DNA of 64,000 bases from Paragordius varius (Eukaryota > Animalia > Nematomorpha), in NCBI GenBank assembly GCA_964247055.1, contig OZ176050.1, forward strand, positions 10,354,001-10,418,000, given 5' to 3'. Each line of letters begins with the position of its first letter. Position 1 is the stretch's first letter. The notes beneath the pieces were generated by a model. It ran no database searches. It was not told the DNA's origin and worked only from the letters and a program-made list of their open reading frames with translations. A program made the position numbers and the translations under genes. Below are positions 43,501 through 55,438 of this stretch, one piece after another.

Positions 43501-46500
43501 ATATTATACAATCAAGTATGGGTATTTTCAACAATCAACGGTTACTCCTCAACAATCAATTTATATTATACAATCAACTATGGGTATTTTCAACAATCAA
43601 CCGTAACTTCTCAACAATCAAATTATTATCCAATCAAGTATGGCTATTATCAACAATCAACCGTAACATCTCAACAATCAAATTATATTATACAATCAGG
43701 TATGGGTATTTTCAACAATCATCCGTTATATTATCCAATCAAATTATATTATCCAATCAAGTATGGGTATTTTCAATAATCAACGTAACATCTCAACAAT
43801 CAAATTAATCCAATCAAGTATATGTATTTTCAAGAATCATCCGCAACTATTCAATCAAATTATATTATCCAATGAAGTATGGGTATTTTCAATAATCAAC
43901 GTAACATCTCAACAATCAAATTATATTATCCAATCAAGTATGGGTATTTTCAACAATCATCCGTTATATTATCCAATCATATTATTTTATCCAATCAAGT
44001 ATGGGTATATTCAACAATCAACCGTAACATCCTAACAATCAAATTATATTATCCAATCAAGTATGGGTAATTTCAACAATCAACCGTACTTCTCAACAAT
44101 CAAATTATATTATCCAATCAAGTATGGGTATATTCAAATATCTACCGTAACTTCTCAACAATCAAATTATATTATCCAATCAAGTATGGGTATTTTCAAC
44201 AATCATTCGTAACTATTCAACAAACAAATTATTTTATCCAATCAAGTATGGGTATATTCAACAATCAACCGTAACATCCTAACAATCAAATTATATTATC
44301 CAATCAAGTATGGGTATTTTCAACAATCAACCGTACTTCTCAACAATCAAATTATATTATCCAATCAAGTATGGGTATATTTAAATATCTACCGTAACTA
44401 TTCAACAATCAAATTATATTATCCAATCAAGTATGGGTATTTTCAACAACCAACCGTAACTTCTCAACAATCAAATTATATTATCCAATCAAGTATGGGT
44501 ATTTTCAACAATCAACCGTAACTTCTCAACAATCAAATTATATTATCCAATCAAGTATGGGTATATTCAAATATCTACCGTAACTATTCAACAATCAAAT
44601 TATATTATCCAATCATGTATGGGTATTAATCAACCGTAACTTCTCAACAATCAAATTATATTATCCAATCAAGTATGGGTATATTCAAATATCTACCGTA
44701 ACTATTCAACAATCAAATTATATTATCCAATCAAGTATGGGTATTTTCAACAACCAACCGTAACTTCTCAACAATCAAATTATATTATCCAATCAAGTAT
44801 GGGTATTTTCAACAACCAACCGTAACTTCTCAACAATCAAATTATATTATCCATTCAAGTATGGGTATTTTCAACAATCATCCGTAACTTCTCAACAATC
44901 AAATTATATTATCCAATCAAGTATGGGTATATTCAAATATCTACCGTAACTATTCAACAATCAAATTATATTATCCAATCAAGTATGGGTATTTTCAACA
45001 ACCAACCGTAACTTCTCAACAATCAAATTATATTATTCAATCAAGTATGGGTATTTTGAACAATCAACTGTAACTATTCAACAATCAAATTATATAATCC
45101 AATCAAGTATGGGTAATTTCAACAATCAACGGTTACTCCTCAACAATCAATTTATATTATACAATCAAGTATGGGTATTTTCAACAATCAACCGTAACTT
45201 CTCAACAATCAAATTATTTTATTCAATCAAGTATGGGTATTTTCAACAATCAACCGTAACTTCTCAACAATCAAATTATATTATCCAATCAAGTATGGGT
45301 ATTTTCAAAAATCAACTGTAACTTCTCAACAATTAAATTATATTATACAAACAAGTAAGGGTATTTTTAACAATCAACCTTAACTATTCAACAATCAAAT
45401 TATATTATCCAATCAAGTATGGGTATTTTCAACAACCAACCGTAACTTCTCAACAATCAAATTATATTATCCATTCAAGTATGGGTATTTTCAACAATCA
45501 TCCGTAACTTCTCAACAATCAAATTATATTATCCAATCAAGTATGGGTATATTCAAATATCTACCGTAACTATTCAACAATCAAATTATATTATCCAATC
45601 AAGTATGGGTATTTTCAACAACCAACCGTAACTTCTCAACAATCAAATTATATTATTCAATCAAGTATGGGTATTTTGAACAATCAACTGTAACTATTCA
45701 ACAATCAAATTATATAATCCAATCAAGTATGGGTAATTTCAACAATCAACGGTTACTCCTCAACAATCAATTTATATTATACAATCAAGTATGGGTATTT
45801 TCAACAATCAACCGTAACTTCTCAACAATCAAATTATATTATTCAATCAAGTATGGGTATTTTGAACAATCAACTGTAACTATTCAACAATCAAATTATA
45901 TAATCCAATCAAGTATGGGTAATTTAAACAATCAACGGTAAATCCTCAATAATCAATTTATATTATTCAATCAAGTATGGGTATTTTCAACAATCATCCG
46001 TAACTTCTCAACAATCAAATTATATTATTCAATCAAGTATGGGTATTTTTAACAATCAACCGTAACTTCTCAACAATCAAATTATATTATCCAATCAAGT
46101 ATGGGTATTTTCAAAAATCAACTGTAACTTCTCAACAATTAAATTATATTATACAAACAAGTAAGGGTATTTTTAACAATCAACCTTAACTATTCAACAA
46201 TCAAATTATATTATTCTATCAAGTATGGGTATTTTCAACAATTAACCGACTATTCAACAATCAAATTATATTATTCTATCAAGTATGGGTATTTTCAACA
46301 ATTAACCGACTATTCAACAATCAAATTATATTATTCTATCAAGTATGGGTATTTTCAACAATTAACCGACTATTCAACAATCAAATTATATTATTCTATC
46401 AAGTATGGGTATTTTCAATAATCAACCTTAACTATTCAACAATCAAATAATATTATACAATCAAGTAAGGGTATTTTTAACAATCAACCGTAACTATTCA

Positions 46501-49500
46501 ACAATCAAATTATATTATACAATCAAGTATGGGTATTTTTAACAATCAACCGTAACTTCTCAACAATCAAATTATGGTTTCCAATCAAGTATGGGTATTT
46601 TTAACAATCAACCGTGTCTATTCAACAAAATTATATTATACAAACAAGTAAGGGTATTTTCAAAAATCAACTGTAACTTCTCAACAATCAAATTATATTA
46701 TCCAATCAAGTATGGGTATTTTCAAAAATCAACTGTAACTTCTCAACAATCAAATTATATTATCCAATCAAGTATGTGTATTTTCAACAATCAACCGTAA
46801 CTTCTCAACAATCAAATTATATTTTACAATCAAGGATGGGTATTTAAACAATCAACGGTAAATCCTCAATAATCAATTTATATTATTCAATCAAGTATGG
46901 GTATTTTCAACAATCATCCGTAACTTCTCAACAATCAAATTATATTATTCAATCAAGTATGGGTATTTTCAATAATCAACCGTAACTTCTCAACAATCAA
47001 ATTATATTATCCAATCAAGTATGGGTATTTTCAAAAATCAACTGTAACTTCTCAACAATCAAATTATATTATCCAATCAAGTATGGGTATTTTCAAAAAT
47101 CAACTGTAACTTCTCAACAATCAAATTATATTATACAATCAAGTATGTGTATTTTCAACAATCAACCGTAACTTCTCAACAATCAAATTATATTATTCAA
47201 TCAAGTATGGGTATTTTCAATAATCAACCGTAACTTCTCAACAATCAAATTATATTATCCAATCAAGTATGGGTATTTTCAAAAATCAACTGTAACTTCT
47301 CAACAATCAAATTATATTATCCAATCAAGTAAGGGTATTTTCAAAAATCAACTGTAACTTCTCAACAATTAAATTATATTATACAATCAAGTATGGGTAT
47401 TTTCAATAATCAACCGTAACTTCTCAACAATCAAATTATATTATCCAATCAAGTATGGGTATTTTCAAAAATCAACTGTAACTTCTCAACAATCAAATTA
47501 TATTATCCAATCAAGTATGGGTATTTTCAAAAATCAACTGTAACTTCTCAACAATCAAATTATATTATACAATCAAGTATGTGTATTTTCAACAATCAAC
47601 CGTAACTTCTCAACAATCAAATTATATTTTACAATCAAGGATGGGTATTTAAACAATCAACGGTAAATCCTCAATAATCAATTTATATTATTCAATCAAG
47701 TATGGGTATTTTCAACAATCAACCGTAACTTCTCAACAATCAAATTATATTATTCAATCAAGTATGGGTATTTTCAACAATCAACCGTAACTTCTCAACA
47801 ATCAAATTATATTATTCAATCAAGTATGGGTATTTTCAACAATCAACCGTAACTATTCAACAATCAAATTATATAATCCAATCAAGTATGGGGAATTTCA
47901 ACAATCAACGGTTACTCCTCAACAATCAATTTATATTATACAATCAAGTATGGGTATTTTCAACAATCAACCGTAACTTCTCAACAATCAAATTATTTTA
48001 TTCAATCAAGTATGGGTATTTAAACAATCAACGGTAAATCCTCAATAATCAATTTATATTATTCAATCAAGTATGGGTATTTTCAACAATCAACCGTAAC
48101 TTCTCAACAATCAAATTATATTATTCAATCAAGTATGGGTATTTTCAACAATCAACCGTAACTTCTCAACAATCAAATTATATTATTCAATCAAGTATGG
48201 GTATTTTCAACAATCAACCGTAACTTCTCAACAATCAAATTATATTATTCAATCAAGTATGGGTATTTTCAACAATCAACCGTAACTATTCAACAATCAA
48301 ATTATATAATCCAATCAAGTATGGGGAATTTCAACAATCAACGGTTACTCCTCAACAATCAATTTATATTATACAATCAAGTATGGGTATTTTCAACAAT
48401 CAACGGTAAATCCTCAATAATCAATTTATATTATTCAATCAAGTATGGGTATTTTCAACAATCATCCGTAACTTCTCAACAATCAAATTATATTATTCAA
48501 TCAAGTATGGGTATATTCAACAATAACGGTAACTCCTCAACAATCAATTTATATTATTCAATCAAGTATGGGTATTTTCAACAATCAACGGTTACTCCTC
48601 AACAATCAATTTATATTATACAATCAAGTATGGGTATTTTCAACAATCATCCGTAACTTCTCAACAATCAAATTATATTATTCAATCAAGTATGGGTATA
48701 TTCAACAATAACGGTAACTCCTCAACAATCAATTTATATTATTCAATCAAGTATGGGTATTTTCAACAATCAACGGTTACTCCTCAACAATCAATTTATA
48801 TTATACAATCAAGTATGGGTATTTTCAACAATCAACCGTAACTTCTCAACAATCAAATTATATTATACAATCAAGTATGGGTATATTCAACAATAACGGT
48901 AACTCCTCAACAATCAATTTATATTATTCAATCAAGTATGGATATTTTCAACAATCAACGGTTACTCCTCAACAATCAATTTATATTATACAATCAAGTA
49001 TGGGTATTTTCAACAATCATCCGTAACTTCTCAACAATCAAATTATATTATTCAATCAAGTATGGGTATTTTCAACAATCAACCGTAACTTCTCAACAAT
49101 CAAATTATATTATACAATCAAGTATGGGTATATTCAACAATAACGGTAACTCCTCAACAATCAATTTATATTATTCAATCAAGTATGGGTATTTTCAACA
49201 ATCAACGGTTACTCCTCAACAATCAATTTATATTATACAATCAAGTATGGGTATTTTCAACAATCAACCGTAACTTCTCAACAATCAAATTATTTTATTC
49301 AATCAAGTATGGGTATTTAAACAATCAACGGTAACTCCTCAACAATCAATTTATATTATACAATCAAGTATGGGTATTTTCAACAATCAACGGTACCTCC
49401 TCAACAATCAATTTATGTTATACAATCAAGTATGGGTATTTTCAACAATCAACCGTAACTTCTCAACAATCAAATTATATTATTCAATCAAGTATGGGTA

Positions 49501-51271
49501 TTTAAACAATCAACGGTAACTCCTCAACAATTAATTTATATTATTCAATCAAGTATGGGTATTTTCAACAATCAACCGTAACTATTCAACAATCAAATTA
49601 TATAATCCAATCAAGTATGGGTATTTTCAACAATCAACGGTAACTCCTCAACAATCAATTTATATTATTCAATCAAGTATGGGTATATTCAACAATAACG
49701 GTAGCTCCTCAACAATCAATTTATATTATTCAATCAAGTATGGGTATATTCAACAATAACGGTAACTCCTCAACAATCATTTATATTATTCAATCAAGTA
49801 TGGGTATTTTCAACAATCAACCGTAACTATTCAACAATCATATTATATAATCCAATCAAGTATGGGTATTTTCAACAATCAACGGTAACTCCTCAACAAT
49901 CAATTTATATTATTCAATCAAGTATGGGTATATTCAACAATAACGGTAGCTCCTCAACAATCAATTTATATTATTCAATCAAGTATGGGTATATTCAACA
50001 ATAACGGTAACTCCTCAACAATCAATTTATATTATTCAATCAAGTATGGGTATTTTCAACAATCAACCGTAACTATTCAACAATCATATTATATAATCCA
50101 ATCAAGTATGGGTATTTTCAACAATCAACGGTAACTCCTCAACAATCAATTTATATTATTCAATCAAGTATGGGTATTTTCAACAATCAACCGTAACTTC
50201 TCAACAATCAAATTATATTATTCAATCAAGTATGGGTATTTAAACAATCAACGGTAACTCCTCAACAATTAATTTATATTATTCAATCAAGTATGGGTAT
50301 TTTCAACAATCAACCGTAACTATTCAACAATCAAATTATATAATCCAATCAAGTATGGGTATTTTCAACAATCAACGGTAACTCCTCAACAATCAATTTA
50401 TATTATTCAATCAAGTATGGGTATATTCAACAATAACGGTAGCTCCTCAACAATCAATTTATATTATTCAATCAAGTATGGGTATATTCAACAATAACGG
50501 TAACTCCTCAACAATCAATTTATATTATTCAATCAAGTATGGGTATTTTCAACAATCAACCGTAACTATTCAACAAACAAATTATATAATCCAATAGGGT
50601 ATGGGTATTTTCAACAATCAACGGTTAATCCTCAACAATCAATTTATATTATACAATCAAGTATGGGTATTTTCAACAATCAACGGTTACTCCTCAACAA
50701 TCAATTTATATTATACAATCAACTATGGGTATTTTCAACAATCAACCGTAACTTCTCAACAATCAAATTATTATCCAATCAAGTATGGCTATTATCAACA
50801 ATCAACCGTAACATCTCAACAATCAAATTATATTATACAATCAGGTATGGGTATTTTCAACAATCATCCGTTATATTATCCAATCAAATTATATTATCCA
50901 ATCAAGTATGGGTATTTTCAATAATCAACGTAACATCTCAACAATCAAATTAATCCAATCAAGTATATGTATTTTCAACAATCATCCGCAACTATTCAAT
51001 CAAATTATATTATCCAATCAAGTATGGGTATTTTCAATAATCAACGTAACATCTCAACAATCAAATTATATTATCCAATCAAGTATGGGTATTTTCAACA
51101 ATCATCCGTTATATTATCCAATCATATTATATTATCCAATGAAGTATGGGTTTTTTCAATAATCATCCGTAACATCTCAACAATCAAATTATATTTTCCA
51201 ATAAAGTATGGCTATTTTCAACAATCATCCGTAACTTATCAACAATTATTCATATTATGTAATCAAATATG
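34600..51271 (+). repeat. 62-bp satellite array, ~270 monomers
   Basis: Consensus caatcaagtatgggtattttcaacaatcaaccgtaacttctcaacaatcaaattatattatc, period 62 (e.g. atgg at 34711 and 34773). Degenerate monomers occur at 34600-34680. All ORF-track entries at 35-51 kb are translations of this repeat. Confidence 0.98.
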
Positions 51272-53150
51272 AGTTTGAAAATACCCATGCTAAAATGTAT
51301 AATATAATTTGATTGTTGAGATGTTACGGTTGATTGTTGAAAATACCCATACTTGATTGGATAATATAATTTGATTGAATAGTTGCGGATGATTGTTGAA
51401 AATACATATACTTGATTGGATTAATTTGATTGTTGAGATGTTACGTTGATTATTGAAAATACCCATACTTGATTGGATAATATAATTTGATTGGATAATA
51501 TAACGGATGATTGTTGAAAATACCCATACCTGATTGTATAATATAATTTGATTGTTGAGATGTTACGGTTGATTGTTGATAATAGCCATACTTGATTGGA
51601 TAATAATTTGATTGTTGAGAAGTTACGGAGAATTTTTTAAAATATCCATACTTAGAGGCATAATATAGTTTGGTTGTTGAGAAGTTACGGTGGATTCTAG
51701 AAAATTCCAATACTTGATTTAGTTGCGAATTGAGTTTGATTGTATATACCATACTTGATATGGTAAATATATTGATTGTAGCCAAGTAGCCAATGTTTTG
51801 GAAAATACCCATTAGGTATAATATTTTGATTGTAAGGCGTAGGGGTTGAATGTTCTAAATATCCAATAATTTAATTGTAGCAAAGTAGTGAATGATTTTG
51901 GAAAGTACCCATGTAAAATATTTTGATTGTAAGAAGTAGGGGTTGATTGTTAATAAATTTACTTGATTAGTTAAAATATTTTAATTGTTAAGAAATAGAG
52001 GTTGATTGTTCAAAACAATCATATCAGATTGGGAAAAATATTATGATTGTTAAGAAGTAGCGAATGATTGTTGAAAATATCCATACTTATTTAGGCAAAA
52101 TATTTTGGTTGTTTCGCAGTATCGGTTCTGAACGTATCCATGCACAATTGGGTAAAATTTAGTGAGCAGTTGATTGTTTAAAATACCCATATTTAAATGG
52201 GTAAAATTTTGTACTGCGGAGGGGTAAGCATTTAGATAACCATATTTGATTGAAAATATGTTGCCAGTTAAGGTAACGGTTTTTGTAATCATATTTGGGA
52301 GTAAAATGTATTAATTGTTGCAAAAAATATTAGTTGGTTTGATAAAAATATCCATTGTATATTTCTTTTAAAATATTTGTGTTTGAAGCTCATCTGTTAA
52401 ATTTAGAATTTCCATATTTGAGTAGGTTATATATTTATTTTTCGTTGAGGATTGTTGGATGTATTGCCAGTCGAGATCAACTTTTTGTAATATTTTAAAC
52501 TTCACCACGATAAATTGCGGTTGTACTTTTAGTATTTTTCCAAGTTTAATTCTTTTTTTAGAACATTGACAGTCCAACAGGTTCTTCTTAGGCCTTAACG
52601 TCAACCACTGGCCTTTCCTAACATTATTGACTTCTTCAGATTTTATAATCAAGCCCCAGCGGGATAGTATAGGGCGAATAAAAATACCAAGCAATAACAT
52701 ATCATGTGTTCTCCATATAGCGATAATGTCAAAAATACCCATATTTGATTGGCTATAAAATTTGATTGTTGGAAAAATATCTTGATTGTTCGAAATTTTC
52801 ATATAAGTTTGCGTAGTAATTTTTTTGATCAATTTTCGAAAGGTAACCCATGTATGTTTGAGTAAATATTCCTAATGAAAGATATTTGATTATTGAAAAG
52901 TTGAGCGTAATTGTTGAAAATGCCCATTATTCCATTATTTACAAATTTGATTGGTCACGGAGTAGATGTGGTTGAAAACCATATTTAATTGCAATTCATA
53001 AATTGTTTTTTGTGGAAGCCCCCAAATATTAAGTGTTATATTTTGTTCAAAAACGGTATCAAAATTCATATTTGGTTATGCATGAAAACCCATTTTGATA
53101 ATTGTAAAAAAATTGTTCAAGCGTTTAAGTTAATGCAAAATAGCCTATTT
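51272..53150 (-). repeat. Inverted-orientation continuation of the 62-bp satellite, increasingly degenerate
   Basis: From ~51272 the sequence is the reverse complement of the monomer (ttgaaaatacccatacttgattggataatataatttgattgttgag). It is near-perfect to 51628, then progressively decayed. Confidence 0.9.
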
Positions 53151-53254
53151 GATTAATTAATGTAGTTTGTTTTTCCTGAACATTTTGTCATCAGGGAGTA
53201 TAAAAACAACCTGATGAAATATTTATATTCTAATATGCAAATGTATCAGATCAT

Positions 53255-53940
53255 GGTGCTTTTCGTTTTGGCCCTTACGAGTGATATAAGAAAGTTACAT
53301 TTTATGGTGAAGGCTCCATATCAGAAAAGGGCAAAAAAATCACTAAAATATATGTTAAACTTTATATAAAAAGGTAAACAAAATTCATAAAATATTTTAA
53401 TCTTTAGATGTAAGCTCTGAAAGTGCCAAAATTTTTTGACTCTTCTAAAATGGGCCAATTTCTTAAGCAAAAATGCGGGGATAGCGCGATTTAAACATTT
53501 TTAAATATACACATATCTTTAAAATATAATTTTTAACAAAATTTTGAAAAAGCGTGCTTCATAATGAAAACACCTTTTCTATATAATTTGATGATGCTGA
53601 GCAATTCTATCGCTTCAGTTAAAGTTCGGTTACTTTCAAATTTGGTGATTTTTATAATATAAAAAATTTTTATTTAACATAAATTAAAGTATTTTATCTT
53701 TGCTTTAAATTAAAAAAAGTAGCCCATTTTAAAAGAATGAAAAAAATTATCGGATTAGAATTTCTAAAAAAATTGTTTTGCTTTTTATACATAGTTGATC
53801 ATAAATTTTAGTGATATTTTTTGGTAAAAGCTTCTTTCACCAAAAAATTTATTTAAAAAAATGTGCGCAAATTTTGCCATTTTCTGATAAATACTTACAT
53901 CACACAAACCGACTAAAACAAAGAGCACCATGATAATCCT
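53255..53940. mobile_element. MITE-like element with long imperfect terminal inverted repeats
   Basis: atcatggtgcttttcgtttt...atcagaaaagggcaaaa...atcactaaaatatatg mirrors ...ttttagtgat...ttttgccattttctgat...aaaacaaagagcaccatgat. Confidence 0.6.
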
Positions 53941-54069
53941 GTTCTTATTAGAAGTTATATATAAACAGGTTATTTATTTGTGGACACTTTGAAATTATAT
54001 TTAATTTTTAAGGTAGCTTATATGATTAATACACAAATTTGATTAGGTAAAACATTTTACTTGTTTAAT

Positions 54070-54700
54070 TTTGATGATGAGGGTCAATGTTGAAAAATTC
54101 TAATTGATTAAGCCTAGTGGATGATTGTTGAAACCGATATTCTTTTATTCTATATTGTTGTCGTACTTTTTTGGGTACATGGGGCTTTAGAGTTTGAATA
54201 ACAATATTAGCAAATTGCTTGAATAATGAATTGTAGTTGTTGAAAAAAACCTGATTAATACCAAATACTTGGGTGATATATTCCTTAAAAACAATAATTA
54301 ATTGTAGAAGAGTTAAGGTTGATTGATTAAAATAGCCAATTTTTGATTTATATATTCGATTCCAGAATGTAATCATTAATGGGTGAAAAAACCAATGCAC
54401 TATTGTATGTATTTTAAAAATATGTAGTTGATGAAAGATAAAGCTTGATTGTTGTGAATAACATTGTAGTTAAATAACATATTCTGATTTTTCAAATGTA
54501 ATTGTTAATAATATCCATTATTGTGTAAAATTATGAAACAAAAATGGTATATAAGAAACATATATAATCGGGTATTAATCTCAATTATTAATAACATATT
54601 TGATTATAAACTTTAGTTGAAATACCAGTTTTTAATTCATTTTGATTACATAGCATAATAAATTGCTAAAATGTAATAATTATGCTGGAATTAACATCAA
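54070..54700 (-). repeat. Highly degenerate outlying satellite monomers
   Basis: Scattered ttgttgaaa, gattgttg and aaatacc..tttgatt fragments that resemble the inverted monomer. Confidence 0.45.
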
Positions 54701-55438
54701 TTGCGTAATATTCTGGCAAAAATATTCTAGTCTTATAATTTTCGGCAACTTTAAAAAAAAATGATTATTATTGATATCTATTGATTTCGTGAAACACCTG
54801 AATTGTTTGGATAACATTTATTATTGATATCAAAAATAAACAAAAATTAAAAATTTCTAAAATCTCCGCAAGGTTCCTATAATTTAATACCCAAAAAATA
54901 CTTTATAATTAATTAATTATCTTAGGCCTAGTTATTACCTAAAAGACCCAATAATATGTAAATTAATATATAAAATCAATTGTGATTTGCATGCAACAAA
55001 TAATACATTGACGCTATTCCAAAAAAAGCAAGGCCGCCACCTTAAAACTATTTCATTTTAAATATAAATACAATAAAACTAAAAGAATTACAGAAAAGTC
55101 AACCACACACTATAAATAAGATTAAAATTGTCGATAAAAATTTATTTTAATGTTTTGACTAGCACACAATTAATCACCGGGGAAAGATATATCACAAAAT
55201 TTACAGTATGTAAGTAATAGATTTTCGTCATTAAGGAAAAATAATTTTAGAACTAATTAAAAGTATGATTTAAAAAATTTACAAGGTGCGCTTTTTTACA
55301 ATCATAATTTTTGTTGTATTAATACATATGATGTATATTTAAGTAGTTTGAGTAATGCGTTGAAAATTTTTATTCTCTTTTAATCCTATTTAAATCAAAA
55401 CTAAATATTTAAAGTCTGCTAATGTAAATTGTTTTGTA

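Noticed and set aside
34600-51271. CRISPR-like array
   Set aside because: There are no unique spacers. The whole 62-bp unit repeats with point variants, the context is eukaryotic, and there are no cas genes.
35083-51812. ORF-track proteins MGIFNNQ.../YPIKYGYFQQS...
   Set aside because: These are unspliced translations of the satellite. The frames cycle with the 62-bp period and are broken by frequent stops.
52050-54400. ORFs 52050-52292, 52368-52832 and 54065-54400
   Set aside because: Translations of degenerate inverted satellite (KYGY, QQS and MGI fragments).
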